Source: an uncultured Verrucomicrobiota bacterium (lineage in GTDB: Bacteria > Verrucomicrobiota > Verrucomicrobiia > Limisphaerales > AAA164-E04). From it: a stretch of DNA of 59,498 nt. Position numbers and translations under genes: made by a program. Shown piece by piece: positions 11,101 to 19,172 of the stretch. The notes beneath the pieces were generated by a model that worked only from the letters and a program-made list of their open reading frames with translations, had not been told where the DNA came from and made no database searches. Position 1 is the first letter of the stretch. The number at the start of each line of letters is the position of its first letter. Location: contig CAJXVR010000004.1 of assembly GCA_913061285.1 (NCBI GenBank), positions 1 to 59,498 on the forward strand, written 5' to 3'.

Positions 11101-11484
11101 GAGAATTTTGTCGATCTTGATGGAGACGGAATGTTGGATCCGTGGGAACGTCGTTTCGGTCTTGATCCCTCTGATGCGAACGATGGGGGACGAGATTCCG
11201 ACGGCGATGGCGTCATTAACCGCATGGAATACGCCGCGGGTACGAATCCTCTGGATCCCGCGAGCCGTTTTGCGATTGAGAGACTCTTTCTCGAAGAGGG
11301 TGCCTTTGGTCTCTCGTTTGTTGGCGAGCGTGGGCAGGGATATCGTGTAGAAATCTCCCAGCGGCTTGGATTAGATGATTGGCGAGAGCTTCGCGAGATC
11401 AAACGCCTTGCTGAAACGGTTTCGCTCAGGCTCAACCTTGGTCCCGTCGAGAACGAAGGGTTCTATCGAGTGACGACTTGGTGA
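2176..11484 (+). CDS. Giant secreted lamin-tail-domain / double CotH-kinase protein with lectin-like, beta-helix and Ca-binding regions
   Basis: 3102 aa; signal-like N-terminus; repeated lamin-tail motifs (INEV/INEW...DWVEL.N...LSDD...FGL..G); CotH motifs GIKIHGGWSR, DNTDWPGNN, WIPFDLD and a second set FRLRGSTSR...AYDLDS; beta-helix-like GPDDGLDLDG region; DLDGDG/DSDGDG loops near the C-terminus. Confidence 0.85.
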   Translation: MRLLNRIEHFRIVLAVILVAFDIAACASGLLAISEVMTENRTALADEDGDYPDWVEILNVSPSEVFLGDYFLSDDQTEPTKWALPSVRLAAGETFVVFCSGKDRRSVSKDAAAGFFDPISLSGLSFWVDASDPSSIVLQEGRVAFWLDKSGNERHASQIAEQKRPVYGSHGPGHLPVLHYDGNDDYLQFPELNQIRTVFWVGFEAPEASDSARPILGHERHFDFHRGGNRTLFAFKHTLPIQQGTTYVNGEIADPWKTPFPPSLSQITVTSPVDLRANLLASDRLVVDRIWQGGIAEVLLYDRVLSPNEIRQVHAYLEAKWELPTNYFHANFGLRSGAETVSLFGAAGNLVDAISVPEVSADISIGRSDFDSSAAGRLEYYVASTPGRANEPSGMIGQAPAPVLLVPAGAYEQALSVRVEEAPEGSQIRFTTDGSVPGENSPIWTGPLLLAETKTLRFRTFHDGHVPSASETASYFIADSSTLPRIALTTAPDHLFDPESGIYVKGAGASPQLPHFGANFWRDWERPVTVEYFSAAGQRLLAQDAGIKIHGGWSRAAPHKSLALIARNRYGSNRFELPVFDEKSLSSFKQWLLRNSGNDWVRTLFRDAVSQSLAGSLGLETQAYQPVHVFLNGDYWGIQNLRERLNEHFLTGNFGLASGDFDFLEGDRRIIAGEVESFDQMLFYLRDTSPLSPGFIEGVEGMMDLANFFDYMVTQIFIDNTDWPGNNIRYWRERSDEGRWRWIPFDLDGGFDILHAGADTNTLQDVLGFRNQSFRPSWIRYIFQRLLANPILEHRFLTRFQDLVNTTFSTPKVLALIDGMEQRLEPEIERHIARWGGSDSLDFVSFDSKKQWEEYVGIAKAFALLRPDVVREHLQEAFGLNEWQGLTIAIPDASQAQLRVNGIVLPPQASLWQGKYAAGSRVTIEVEPRAGFRFAGWGDGVPAGPKREIVLETDAGFAALFEADSESVPFPSSSHALAQHPFVLQAVFDDAVQSQGELSWGVTGRSEVDGGMGELGVHPWDGWSSRTESSRIAPLGGDGVSFLNTPGRPHPGLGVGYVHSLIVGLDTTEVGSGTVSWQVETLEAGGVDYGLRLQYRLNPSLPFQDFPNVPEDELLFSAPGGTTGSKRFERIPMPLETLGQARVELRWSYERLGVSGGDGARPEIRLDDIVIAASGQSADLLDGDVVINEVMYHPSTRDPRDEFIELYNRGNRAVDLSGWRLSNAVGFEIESGMIPPGGFVVLAADRARFLERFPQVERVFGDWEGQLSNQSETIRLFNARDEQIDRVEYADEGDWAERVRGPLDHGYRGWIWSDAHDGGGYSVELRAPGLSNNIGSNWAASEQLWGSPGERNANFMENGAPLLSSVSHHPVIPRSNDTVTVRVRVRDEALQQVSVKLFFRSGSEGPFTNVVMWDDGRHGDEEDGDGVFAAQVPPHPNLSLISFFVQAMDAMGNESVWPRFDAESIEVAPLGLFQFDDQDYERGTPLLRVIMTEQERRELNQIGDLPWNASSDAQVNGTFISQQGTEVQVRYSIGFRLRGSTSRDSSVKNRRVNFRSDDRWKGKNALILNAVNVPSQIIGGLFFRLAGVPAAEARPVRFLENGINRANLGSPQFGHYAALEALDDLFVSRQFPDDDEGNLYRPSGAGNLEYLGEDPALYQRPGFYEKGTNREADEWSDLIELTRTLEQSSEESYVAAIETRVDLDRWISYFAVDTLLANFETSFANGGAGDYSLYIGESDSRAFLTAYDLDSVWLPNPVVVELPLFRAGANPVPNRFLKHPVIARRYHARLRELARTLFRSEELSSRLGYALGEWVEPGEIERLISVASMRRDFVLGASHVALEVDLDLPFAEPAWLRYYLGENDVLSLKGRSDPLETRVVTVNGSPASFEPWSGEWSIAAVPLHSGVNQIVIRSFNEIEENESLIFQVYHPGEGLVISEGALSVDTIWSAQQSPIVLDQDLRVPEGITLNIEPGVSLEFNRGASLIVEGRLLARGTPDHRIFLSRNRRETTRWGGIHFNGASNMNELHYATIEWSGAPTMRVIDSTVSMIGLRWSGAFDSYLHCQNSSLLLKDSVLPNAVGGELITGFGVPVDGFWILEGNQFGTTGGGGDIVDFSGGRRPGSMLQILDNTFLGGPDDGLDLDGADAFVAGNTFMGFRKNNVGTGDAHAISTGLYEGKVSDLTLVRNVFTDNEHALLMKEGAVAVLENNTFVRSLLGTVNFSEVQRGTFPPDSISIHQSIVWDSPLFRHLDVAQNLNPDLVPVFERSLIFPAVESVSESNLELDPLFVDPIFDFRLQSESPAIGAGNHGEDLGAFVGPQLRISGEPPSLTNRTGAELSISGPGMDAYRYRLDGGDWSDAISIETLLVLNALSVGPHSVEVIGRNIAGRWQDFSEASASRTWFVNPGLSGVRINEVLASNVRGHSVEGEFPDYVELYNAGDQVVDLSRTQLSDDPEIPNKFVFPAGTILQPDEYLVVYADGAPEKMGLHAGFRISSQGGGVYLRERFSRGESILDSVEFGRQLSDLSLSRDAIGIWTLGEPTPLGSNRPIRMGSLDRVTINEWLASPLGEEADFVELYNSSAYPVDFGGTSLSLEPTLSSKTRSFPRLSFINGLSFLTWYADNGIAGGAGELGFRLSDEQGMIGLLDSQGRAIDQVIYGYQMVGVSSERDPAGGATIRPNPTPTPGRGISSLNMMPEIFLSEVVADNRVSPGSEGTFPDWVELWNPGERAIDLEGLSLSDDIDRPDRWVFPEGAEIEAGGYFLIDFDPLRTAGAGNTGFGLKSDGDDVFLFRPNGTGWVLIDEVRFGLQAPGWSLGRVFESGEWVLSDLSPGEANRPVELGDRRSLRINEWMAQPDQGSDWFELYNGDDAPLALDGLLLSDDPLVIDRHRIAPLSFIGVDLFAYTVFEADGQPDRGGTHVDFKLSAGGELIGLYSAEGELIDGVEFSEQRRGVSEGRRPDGGMAIVAFPNRASLGKENFVDLDGDGMLDPWERRFGLDPSDANDGGRDSDGDGVINRMEYAAGTNPLDPASRFAIERLFLEEGAFGLSFVGERGQGYRVEISQRLGLDDWRELREIKRLAETVSLRLNLGPVENEGFYRVTTW

Positions 11485-14085
11485 TTAGTCAGCGGTGTTT
11501 CTGAGGCGAAAAAACTGCGTCTCTGCATCGTTGGCGATAGAGAGGCTGAATTGATCGTTGAGGGACTCAAATGGCCCTTCGGCCGGGAGCCAGCTTGCTT
11601 CACTATCGAGGCGAGACGCGGTTTCTAGAACGTAGTTCGCCGCGGCTTTGGTCCATGTTATCTGGATAGTGTCTTCGTCGCCTCGATGGATGCTCAGCGT
11701 CGGGGTTGGACCCGAGATCACCAGTCGAAGCGTCTGGTCGTGATCTTCTTCGCTTGGGTCGAATACAGGCGTTGAGAGAGAGCTTGGGCTGTCAAACTCG
11801 CCGTAGGATTCTGGCTCGATCTGGAATTCAATCACGGCAGTTGCTCCCGCCTCCAGATTTACCAGGGAGCAAGTGGCGAGGCCATCGACAATTTCGCACC
11901 CACCGTGCGAGTTTGTTTGGGATCGAATGATGGATCCTGGAGGCAATTGAGTGATGAGACGCCCGTTGGCGAGCGTCGATGGCCCTCTGTTTGCGACCTT
12001 GAGTTGGTAGCGGTAGCTCGATGGCCAACTCGGCTCGCTGGGGACGGTGAGGCTTTCGAGGCTGAGGTCGGCGGATTCGACAACAAGAAAGGACTCGATG
12101 CTCGTGACGGAGGCAGCGGGATTGGCAAGGGTGATTTTTTCTGCGGGACTGTTTTGGGGAACAATGGCGGCGACTTCTGTACTCGATCGCACTTCAAAGG
12201 CGGCTGGCAAGGTGCCGAATTGGACGCTGCTGATCTCTGTCAGGCCTTTCCCTGTGAGGGTGATGGTCGAGCCTACGGGGCCGGCCACTGGGTGGAAACT
12301 CTCGAGACTTGGCTGAATCTCGAAGACTTGCAACGAACCCGTGATGCCGGCGGGGTTTGAGATTGCCAGCGTGCCGATTCGGGCGTCGGGCGGAACGATC
12401 GCTTTCAGAGTTGTTTGAGTGACAGACTCGATCGTCCCAACCACGGTTCCGAACTGGATCTCGGTGCTGCCCGTAAAGTTTGCCCCGCTTATCTCGATTG
12501 TCTCACCGGGTGTGCCGATCTGTGGGGTGATTTGATCAATGCGGACTGGAAGAAAGAACGAGTTAAGGCTCGTTGCTCGTCCCCCTGGGTTGGCGACGGA
12601 TACCGGCCCGGTTATGGCATCGTTTGGCACGACTGCCTGCAACTGGTTGTCAGCGATGATGGAATACTCAGCCTGGAAGTTTCCGAACCAGACATTGGTC
12701 GTGGTGGAGAAACTCCCCCCTTCAATGAGGATGAGGTCTCCTGGTTTCCCGGCATCGGGGGTAAGCATGCTAATGCTTGGTTCGGGGCCCGTGACAACTA
12801 ATAGGTTGGTGGAACTCGTGATCCCTCCTGGATTGGTCAAAGTGATGAGGCCGCTGGTCGGCACGATCGGGGCAGTCATGCTGATTTGATTGTCGGCAAC
12901 CACGGCAAAAGCCACGGGCTCTTCACCAACCAGGATGTCAGAGACGGCGGAGAAATTGCGGCCATTGATACGGACAAGTTGCCCGGCTCTTACCGAGGCT
13001 GGCTCGAAGTCTTCGATAAATGGAGCAGGAGTGTTGATGGTGAAAGGCACCGAGCTCACGGAGTCCCCGTTGATCGATTCGAACCGGGGCATGCCGGTGG
13101 TGGCCTCTTCGGGGATTGTGCCTTGGATTTGAGTGTCGGCAGTGACGGTGAATGCCGCGGATGCCTCCCCAAAATGAATCGCTGTTGTTCCGGTGAAGTT
13201 AATTCCCTCGATTGTTACCAGCTCTCCCGGGCTTGCCACATCGGGAATGATTTCCTCGACGAAGGGCGCCGTGCCGATGACGAGAAAGTTGATCCGACTC
13301 GTGCTTTCGCCAAATCCGTTCCGTAGGGTGACAGGGCCAGAAGGAGCATCGGGGGGGATCGTTAGTTGCAACTGAGTGTCCGCCGTGACCACGAACCCGG
13401 ATTCGACTGTGCCGAAACGGAATGAACTGGTTCCGATGAGATTCTTTCCATTGACGGTTACTCTCGTCCCGGGAGAGCCAAATTCCGGCATGAACTCGCG
13501 GACAAAGGGGACTTGGCCCGTTGCCTCAAATGGGATCTCGCTCGAGGCTTCAGCAACCGGTGTGACGACCTTGATCGTTTTGAGCCCTACCGTGTTCGGA
13601 ACACGGGCGCTAATCTGGGTGTCTCCTAGTAAGAGAAAGGTCGCCCGATCCTCTCCGAAAAATACTTCCGTCGTATTCCCTAAGTTTCGACCAAAAATAA
13701 TGATTGAGTCGTTGGGCGCCCCGAATTCCGGATTGAGCTCCTCGATAAATGGCGCGCCGATGAAAGGGGTGCTGCTAACGGCGATCCCTGAGCTGGTGAC
13801 AATCTGGATAGGGCCTGTGCTCGCCTCTCTGGGCACGGTCGCCAGGATGAATTGATCTGAGAGTATTTGATAGACCGCTGCCTTGGTGCCGATAAGGACA
13901 TCGCTTGTTGTGCTGAGCCCCTCTCCCTGGATCTGGACTGGTGTGCCTGCGGGCCCCTGGCTGGGGGAGAACGCAGTGATTCTCGGGACCGCTGCTAAGG
14001 CTTCCGTCATGCTGAGAAGGCAGAGCCCCAAGCAGACGATGAGGCTTTGGTGTCGTTTGGCGTCGTTCCAACCCATATTCATCAT
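11485..14085 (-). CDS. Secreted IPT/TIG-repeat protein with DUF11-like domain
   Basis: 866 aa; signal peptide; eight about 80-aa repeats beginning P.I..F.P..G..G..V.I.G.NF; then ADLSL...Y.LKVANRGPS (DUF11-like); C-terminal domain ending FFRLR. Confidence 0.85.
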   Translation of the reverse strand: MMNMGWNDAKRHQSLIVCLGLCLLSMTEALAAVPRITAFSPSQGPAGTPVQIQGEGLSTTSDVLIGTKAAVYQILSDQFILATVPREASTGPIQIVTSSGIAVSSTPFIGAPFIEELNPEFGAPNDSIIIFGRNLGNTTEVFFGEDRATFLLLGDTQISARVPNTVGLKTIKVVTPVAEASSEIPFEATGQVPFVREFMPEFGSPGTRVTVNGKNLIGTSSFRFGTVESGFVVTADTQLQLTIPPDAPSGPVTLRNGFGESTSRINFLVIGTAPFVEEIIPDVASPGELVTIEGINFTGTTAIHFGEASAAFTVTADTQIQGTIPEEATTGMPRFESINGDSVSSVPFTINTPAPFIEDFEPASVRAGQLVRINGRNFSAVSDILVGEEPVAFAVVADNQISMTAPIVPTSGLITLTNPGGITSSTNLLVVTGPEPSISMLTPDAGKPGDLILIEGGSFSTTTNVWFGNFQAEYSIIADNQLQAVVPNDAITGPVSVANPGGRATSLNSFFLPVRIDQITPQIGTPGETIEISGANFTGSTEIQFGTVVGTIESVTQTTLKAIVPPDARIGTLAISNPAGITGSLQVFEIQPSLESFHPVAGPVGSTITLTGKGLTEISSVQFGTLPAAFEVRSSTEVAAIVPQNSPAEKITLANPAASVTSIESFLVVESADLSLESLTVPSEPSWPSSYRYQLKVANRGPSTLANGRLITQLPPGSIIRSQTNSHGGCEIVDGLATCSLVNLEAGATAVIEFQIEPESYGEFDSPSSLSTPVFDPSEEDHDQTLRLVISGPTPTLSIHRGDEDTIQITWTKAAANYVLETASRLDSEASWLPAEGPFESLNDQFSLSIANDAETQFFRLRNTAD

Positions 14086-14118
14086 CTCAAATCGCTAGCA
14101 GAATACATGCCTTGCCGC

Positions 14119-14754
14119 TCATTCTCTAGGCTTGTCTTGGCCTTGTTTGACCAGGAAGTCACGAATGACATTGATTTCTTCTTCCCCGGCAATGGTATGT
14201 TCTTTGGCAAATTCATGCCAACTGGCTTGGATGCCGTGCTCTTTCATCTTTTCGACGTCCGCTTTAACTGGTGCGAGTGGAATGAGAGGATCGTGATGAC
14301 CATGAGTGACGAGAAACTGGCGTTCCTTGGCTGTGGGTGCCGCTTCGGCGAGGAGGGAGTCGGATTGGTGAAGATAGCCACTAATCCCGACACAACCGGC
14401 CAGGGCGTGTGGATATCGCATGCCGATTTCCCAAGTCATGAGACAGCCTTGAGAGAATCCGAAGAAGAAAATATTCTGGGATGAATAGCCCTCTGCTTGA
14501 AAGTGGTCGACGAGTTTGAAGAGCAGTTTTCGGCTTCGAACCACCCCTGAATGAGAATCTCCCTGGATGTCATACCAGGAGAACCCGCCGAAGTAATCAT
14601 CGGGAGCATTGACGAGGGCGTAGTTGAGCCAGGGAAGATTGAGCATCGAAGGTAACCAGCGATAGCCCTCAATACTGTCGCCTAGTCCATGAAGAACGAT
14701 CATCAGGTGCTGGCTTTTCGGATCTGCTGCCGAAACCATTTCGTAGTGTAACAT
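14119..14754 (-). CDS. Phospholipase/carboxylesterase (acyl-protein thioesterase-like alpha/beta hydrolase)
   Basis: LHGLGD oxyanion motif, GFSQG nucleophile elbow, HGHHDPLIP (Asp), KEHTI (His). Confidence 0.9.
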   Translation of the reverse strand: MLHYEMVSAADPKSQHLMIVLHGLGDSIEGYRWLPSMLNLPWLNYALVNAPDDYFGGFSWYDIQGDSHSGVVRSRKLLFKLVDHFQAEGYSSQNIFFFGFSQGCLMTWEIGMRYPHALAGCVGISGYLHQSDSLLAEAAPTAKERQFLVTHGHHDPLIPLAPVKADVEKMKEHGIQASWHEFAKEHTIAGEEEINVIRDFLVKQGQDKPRE

Positions 14755-15366
14755 GCGCTCAGCTTAGGCGGAGCCCCGTCGGTGAGTCCAGCTCGCAGCG
14801 GGGGGCGGTCGTGGTGGCCGCAGGATTTTCTTGGTTCCCGTCTCTTCGATCGTCATCGATAACAACGGTTTATGGGCTTGTGGCCTTGATTCCTGTCGTC
14901 AGTCTGAGGACGTTTTCTGGGAGTGCCTTCGTATTGAAACGTTCCTTCCGGCTGGAAAGATCTCCGATGGCATCAGCTTCTAGTATGGAGTGGTTCTCGA
15001 GTTTTTGGAGATCATCTAGATCAATATCTTGGTTAGTCCCTCGCCGAAATCGACTCGACGGCGCTCCGTACTTGTAGCTGATGGATAGGCAGGGAAACAA
15101 CGGGTCTCGGTTAGACTTCTATCGGATTGCGATGTTCATCATCGAGTGTGCCTCCTATCCGGCGGTGCCTAATGCCATTGAGTTTTTCCTGTTTCCGATC
15201 CGTTAGGAGAGTCCGAAATCATGAGGTTCCACATCATGATTGTTTTTCCCGCTTGTCATTTGGGCGTGTCTCTGGTTTTTGTTGGGGGCGCTTCGCTTGC
15301 GAATCGTATTAATTCGACTGTCGCGGATAACCAGTCGTCGCCTCGTGCGAGTATTAAAACCGCTGA

Positions 15367-16497
15367 ATGGAACCTCTCTTAAGACTCAACTCTTTTGCCG
15401 AGCATCTCGGCTCGTTGATCGATTCGGCAGCTGATCGCAGCTTCGCCGATGCCGATATCAGTGATGAATGCTTCGAGGGCTTGGCGCTGGAGCTCTTCCG
15501 TCTTCAGGTCGCTGCGAATCCGTGTTATCGGCGTTTGATCGAGTATTCTCAAGTCGATCCAATCTTGGTTGCGTCTTGGCGGGAGATCCCCTGTGTGCCG
15601 ACGGCAGCGTTTAAGGAATTGGATATGACGTCGCTTCCTGAAGATTCTCGCCCCTATGTTTTTCGCTCGAGTGGTACAACCCAGTCCAATCGAGGAAAAC
15701 ATTTTCATTTTGATGCCTCGTTAGCGCTGTACGAGAAGAGCCTTTTGGCTTGGTTTCGACATCATGTGATCCGCGGTTTAGGGAACGACAGTTCGCTTTG
15801 TATCATGACGCCGTCAGCTCGTTCGGTGCCGGAATCTTCGTTGGTCCACATGTTCGATGTTGTGCGTCGAGCCGGGGGCTTTCGGAGTGCGGAATTCTAT
15901 GGGGATGTGTCGATCGATGGCGGGTGGGGCTTGCCGGTGGAGCGATTGGTTCTTGCTCTCGGCGAGTGGTGTCGTGCTGGCGTTCCGGTGTTGTTGGTCG
16001 GGACCGCTTTTAATTTTGTTCAATTGCTGGATTGTTTGACTGAACGAGGCGAGCGATTGGTGCTTCCTAATGGTAGTCGACTGCTGGAAACCGGGGGCTA
16101 TAAGGGGCGAACCCGAGAATTGGCCAAGGGTGATTTGTACCGGGAGATTTGTGTGGCTTTGGGCGTCTCAAGCGATCAAATCGTTAGTGAGTATGGGATG
16201 AGTGAGCTTTCGTCGCAGGCCTATGATCACTGTATCGGGACAGATCTAGATGCCTCAGTGCCTCGTCGCTTTCGCTTTACTCCTTGGTCGCGGGGGCTGG
16301 TGGTCTCACCGGAGACTGGTTTGGAAGTGGGACTGGGCGAGACTGGGCTGATTCAGGTCTTCGATCTGGCGAATGTCTGGTCGGTGATGGCGATTCAGAC
16401 TGAGGATCTTGGGGTGCGCCATCGTGACGGGATCGAGCTCTTGGGCCGAGCCGAGCTGGCCGAAGCCAAGGGCTGTTCGCTGATGCCGAAGCTTTGA
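15367..16497 (+). CDS. LuxE-like acyl-protein synthetase
   Basis: FRSSGTT adenylation loop, ETGGYKGR, SEYGMSELSSQAY, IQTEDLG, LLGR and C-terminal KGCS (acyl-accepting Cys position of LuxE). Confidence 0.85.
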   Translation: MEPLLRLNSFAEHLGSLIDSAADRSFADADISDECFEGLALELFRLQVAANPCYRRLIEYSQVDPILVASWREIPCVPTAAFKELDMTSLPEDSRPYVFRSSGTTQSNRGKHFHFDASLALYEKSLLAWFRHHVIRGLGNDSSLCIMTPSARSVPESSLVHMFDVVRRAGGFRSAEFYGDVSIDGGWGLPVERLVLALGEWCRAGVPVLLVGTAFNFVQLLDCLTERGERLVLPNGSRLLETGGYKGRTRELAKGDLYREICVALGVSSDQIVSEYGMSELSSQAYDHCIGTDLDASVPRRFRFTPWSRGLVVSPETGLEVGLGETGLIQVFDLANVWSVMAIQTEDLGVRHRDGIELLGRAELAEAKGCSLMPKL

Positions 16498-16518
16498 TTG
16501 GGTGGAAAGAGGAAGGCA

Positions 16519-17805
16519 ATGAGTCTCGTGAGTCAGACGGAAAGGTCCCATCGTGGGTTCCTAATTTGGTGCGGGGTGTTGCATGCCTTTACCCATAGCT
16601 TCCACGTGGTCTTGATGCCTTTGTACCTTTCGATCCAACGAGACTTTGGTTTCGACAGTGTTGCTCAGGCGACCTTGTTGATGACCGTGTTGATGGTGTC
16701 CTACTTTTTGCCTAGCTACTTGATGGGAGCAATCTCAGACCGATACGACCGTCGGTGGATCTTAGGAGTGGGCTTGGTGGTGAATGGCTTGGGTTTCGTG
16801 GGACTAGGCATGGCTTCGAATTTTAGTTGGGCCTTAATCAGCACGATCGTGGCGGGTGTTGGAGGGAGTTTCTATCATCCAGCGGCTACCTCTCTCATCG
16901 CTCAACTTTATCCGAAACAACAGGGCAAGGCTTTTGGTTTGGTTGGCGTCGGAGCGAATGTTGGATTCTTGGGCGTTCCGATCTATGCGGGGTGGCGAGT
17001 TGATCAACTCTCTGCCTCTATGGGCGCTGCTGCCTGGCGCTCCCCGGTTTTAGAGTTGGGTGGCTTGGCGGTGCTCGTTGCGTTGGCGTTTCTCGTTTTT
17101 ACCCGCCACTGGCATTTGCCTCAGGAGCAGGAATCGATGAATGACGGTGCCGCGAAGACACCCTTGTTCACTTCGACGAGAGTTTGGGTGCTGTTCTTGA
17201 TTGCTGCCTTTGCTTTCAGTTTGCGAGATTTCGCCGGAATGGGGATGGGAAGTCTTGGGTCTCTGTTCCTGCAGAAAGCGCATGGCTTTAGTGCTGCTGC
17301 GACAGGCCTCGCTTTGAGTGCGATCTTCTTGGCAGCGATCTTAAGTAACCCGCTGTTTGGAAAATTGAGTGATCGTCATCGCTATGGGTGGATTAGTTTT
17401 GTGATGGCCGTGGCGGGTGTCTGTGTGGTTGCATTTCCTTATTTGCCAGCCTGGGGTTTGATTCCCGGTCTGCTGGTTTACGGGTTCTTTTTCATGGCTT
17501 GCTATCCGATGATCGAGGCAGCGCTTATGGAATCGGTGTCGATCACCGTGCGAGGCAGAGTCTTTGGTCTCTTTATTCTCATCAGTGGCTTGTTGGGGAA
17601 TTTATCGCACTGGTTGATTGGCCGCTGGGTGCAGACCTTGGGTGAGGTAGCCAAACAAGCTGCTTCGTATCAGGGGGCTTACTTGGGCTTGGGAAGCTTG
17701 ATTTGGGTATCCATGGTTGGCTTGATCTGCCTGCGAATGATACGATCGGACTCCCGCGAAGATTTGGATAAAACGGTGCCTGCGAATGAAGTAGAGGCGA
17801 CATGA
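16519..17805 (+). CDS. MFS transporter
   Basis: About 12 TM segments; motif A GAISDRYDRR and GKLSDRHR; GSFYHPAA. ATG at 16519 follows GAGGAAGG; stop overlaps the next start (ATGA). Confidence 0.9.
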   Translation: MSLVSQTERSHRGFLIWCGVLHAFTHSFHVVLMPLYLSIQRDFGFDSVAQATLLMTVLMVSYFLPSYLMGAISDRYDRRWILGVGLVVNGLGFVGLGMASNFSWALISTIVAGVGGSFYHPAATSLIAQLYPKQQGKAFGLVGVGANVGFLGVPIYAGWRVDQLSASMGAAAWRSPVLELGGLAVLVALAFLVFTRHWHLPQEQESMNDGAAKTPLFTSTRVWVLFLIAAFAFSLRDFAGMGMGSLGSLFLQKAHGFSAAATGLALSAIFLAAILSNPLFGKLSDRHRYGWISFVMAVAGVCVVAFPYLPAWGLIPGLLVYGFFFMACYPMIEAALMESVSITVRGRVFGLFILISGLLGNLSHWLIGRWVQTLGEVAKQAASYQGAYLGLGSLIWVSMVGLICLRMIRSDSREDLDKTVPANEVEAT

Positions 17806-19172
17806 TATTAAACGACTTACCTGATTATTTTTTGGTGGATCTGCCACCAGAGGCGACTCTGACGCCGACCGTGGTCTCGGATGCGTGCGAAACGCTGAAG
17901 AGAAATCGGCGGCAGTATCTCGTGGATCGTCCCACCGAAACCCTGCTTCGCACGTTGGGTTTGGTCGCAGAGAAATGGCTCGATCGAGAGTATCCTATCC
18001 GGCAGATCGCAATGGAACATGGCGAGCAGATGTCGGGGTTTCCTCGCTACAATATCGAGAAAGGTCTAGATAGTTTGTTTCGCGGGATCACCCAGGAAGC
18101 GCTGAATCACTTGATTCTTCAAGATCTTGGCCACGTGCGTCGGATCGATCATCCGACCTCTGGAGATGCCGAGACGCGAACCGGTCGGAAAAGTTTTGCG
18201 GTAGGACCGGAACTGATCGCTCATGTCACCGGAGGTGTTATTCCGAATCCCGTGATCACAAGTATGGTGCTTGGCCTGCTCGCTCGTTCTGCTCAATTCA
18301 TCAAGTGCGCCCGGAAGACCTCGTTTCTGCCTCGACTCTTTGCTCACTCGATCTATGAGACCGACCCAAAGTTAGGAGCTTGTTTAGAGATTGCCGAATG
18401 GGTTGGGGGAGACGACCAGTTGGAAACCCCCTTGTTTCGTGCTGCCGACTGTGTCACAGCGATGGGGAGTGATCAAACGATCGAGGCATTGGAGACTCGG
18501 CTGCCGAAACAGACCCGCTTCATTCCTTATGGGCATCGCGTCAGTTTTAGCTACGTGACGAAGGCTGGCTTGGAGGATTGCAATCCGCGTGTCTTGGCTG
18601 AACAGATTGTCGATGACGTGGTGCAATGGAATCAGAACGGGTGTTTGTCTCCGCACGTGGTTTATGTGGAGAAGGGAACTACGCCAAGCCCTGATCGCTT
18701 GGCGCAGCTGATTGCGGATGAATTTGTGCGACGAGAAACGTCAGAACCCCGAGGCTCGATCAGCGATCGGGAAGCCGCGACGATTGCTAATCGGAGACGC
18801 CTCTACGAGATTCGAGCTGCCAATAGTCAAGATACCTTGATTTGGAAAAGCCGAGATTCGACTGAGTGGACCGTGGTCTTTGACAATGAGCCCCGGTTTC
18901 AGCAGAGCTGCGCCAATCGATTTCTTTATGTTAAAGCCGTCGATGCTCTAGAGGATGCGCTGGGTGGGGCAGATGAGATGATCGGGAAGGTATCCTGTGT
19001 TGGCCTTTGTGCCTCCTTACATGAAGCTCAGAAAACTGTGGAGCGATTGGCTCGCTGGGGGGTTACGAGAGTTTGTCCGATCGGCAAGATGCAGCACCCG
19101 TCCATTGCCTGGCGGCATGACGGACGATTAAGTTTGGGAGAATTGATGACTTGGACCGATTGGGAGTTATGA
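17802..19172 (+). CDS. LuxC-like acyl-CoA/acyl-protein reductase
   Basis: ALDH-like fold motifs AMGSDQTI, YGHRVSF, WNQNGCLSPH (catalytic Cys), GVTRVCPIGKMQ, WRHDG. Confidence 0.88.
   Translation: MILNDLPDYFLVDLPPEATLTPTVVSDACETLKRNRRQYLVDRPTETLLRTLGLVAEKWLDREYPIRQIAMEHGEQMSGFPRYNIEKGLDSLFRGITQEALNHLILQDLGHVRRIDHPTSGDAETRTGRKSFAVGPELIAHVTGGVIPNPVITSMVLGLLARSAQFIKCARKTSFLPRLFAHSIYETDPKLGACLEIAEWVGGDDQLETPLFRAADCVTAMGSDQTIEALETRLPKQTRFIPYGHRVSFSYVTKAGLEDCNPRVLAEQIVDDVVQWNQNGCLSPHVVYVEKGTTPSPDRLAQLIADEFVRRETSEPRGSISDREAATIANRRRLYEIRAANSQDTLIWKSRDSTEWTVVFDNEPRFQQSCANRFLYVKAVDALEDALGGADEMIGKVSCVGLCASLHEAQKTVERLARWGVTRVCPIGKMQHPSIAWRHDGRLSLGELMTWTDWEL

Noticed and set aside
14811-15434. Several 60-90 aa ORFs in the esterase-luxE gap
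   Set aside because: Mutually overlapping, GTG/TTG starts without clear RBS, no recognisable motifs; a small gene or remnant cannot be excluded.
15367-19172. Bioluminescence (lux) operon
   Set aside because: No luxA/luxB luciferase, luxD or luxG in the window; only the reductase/synthetase pair.
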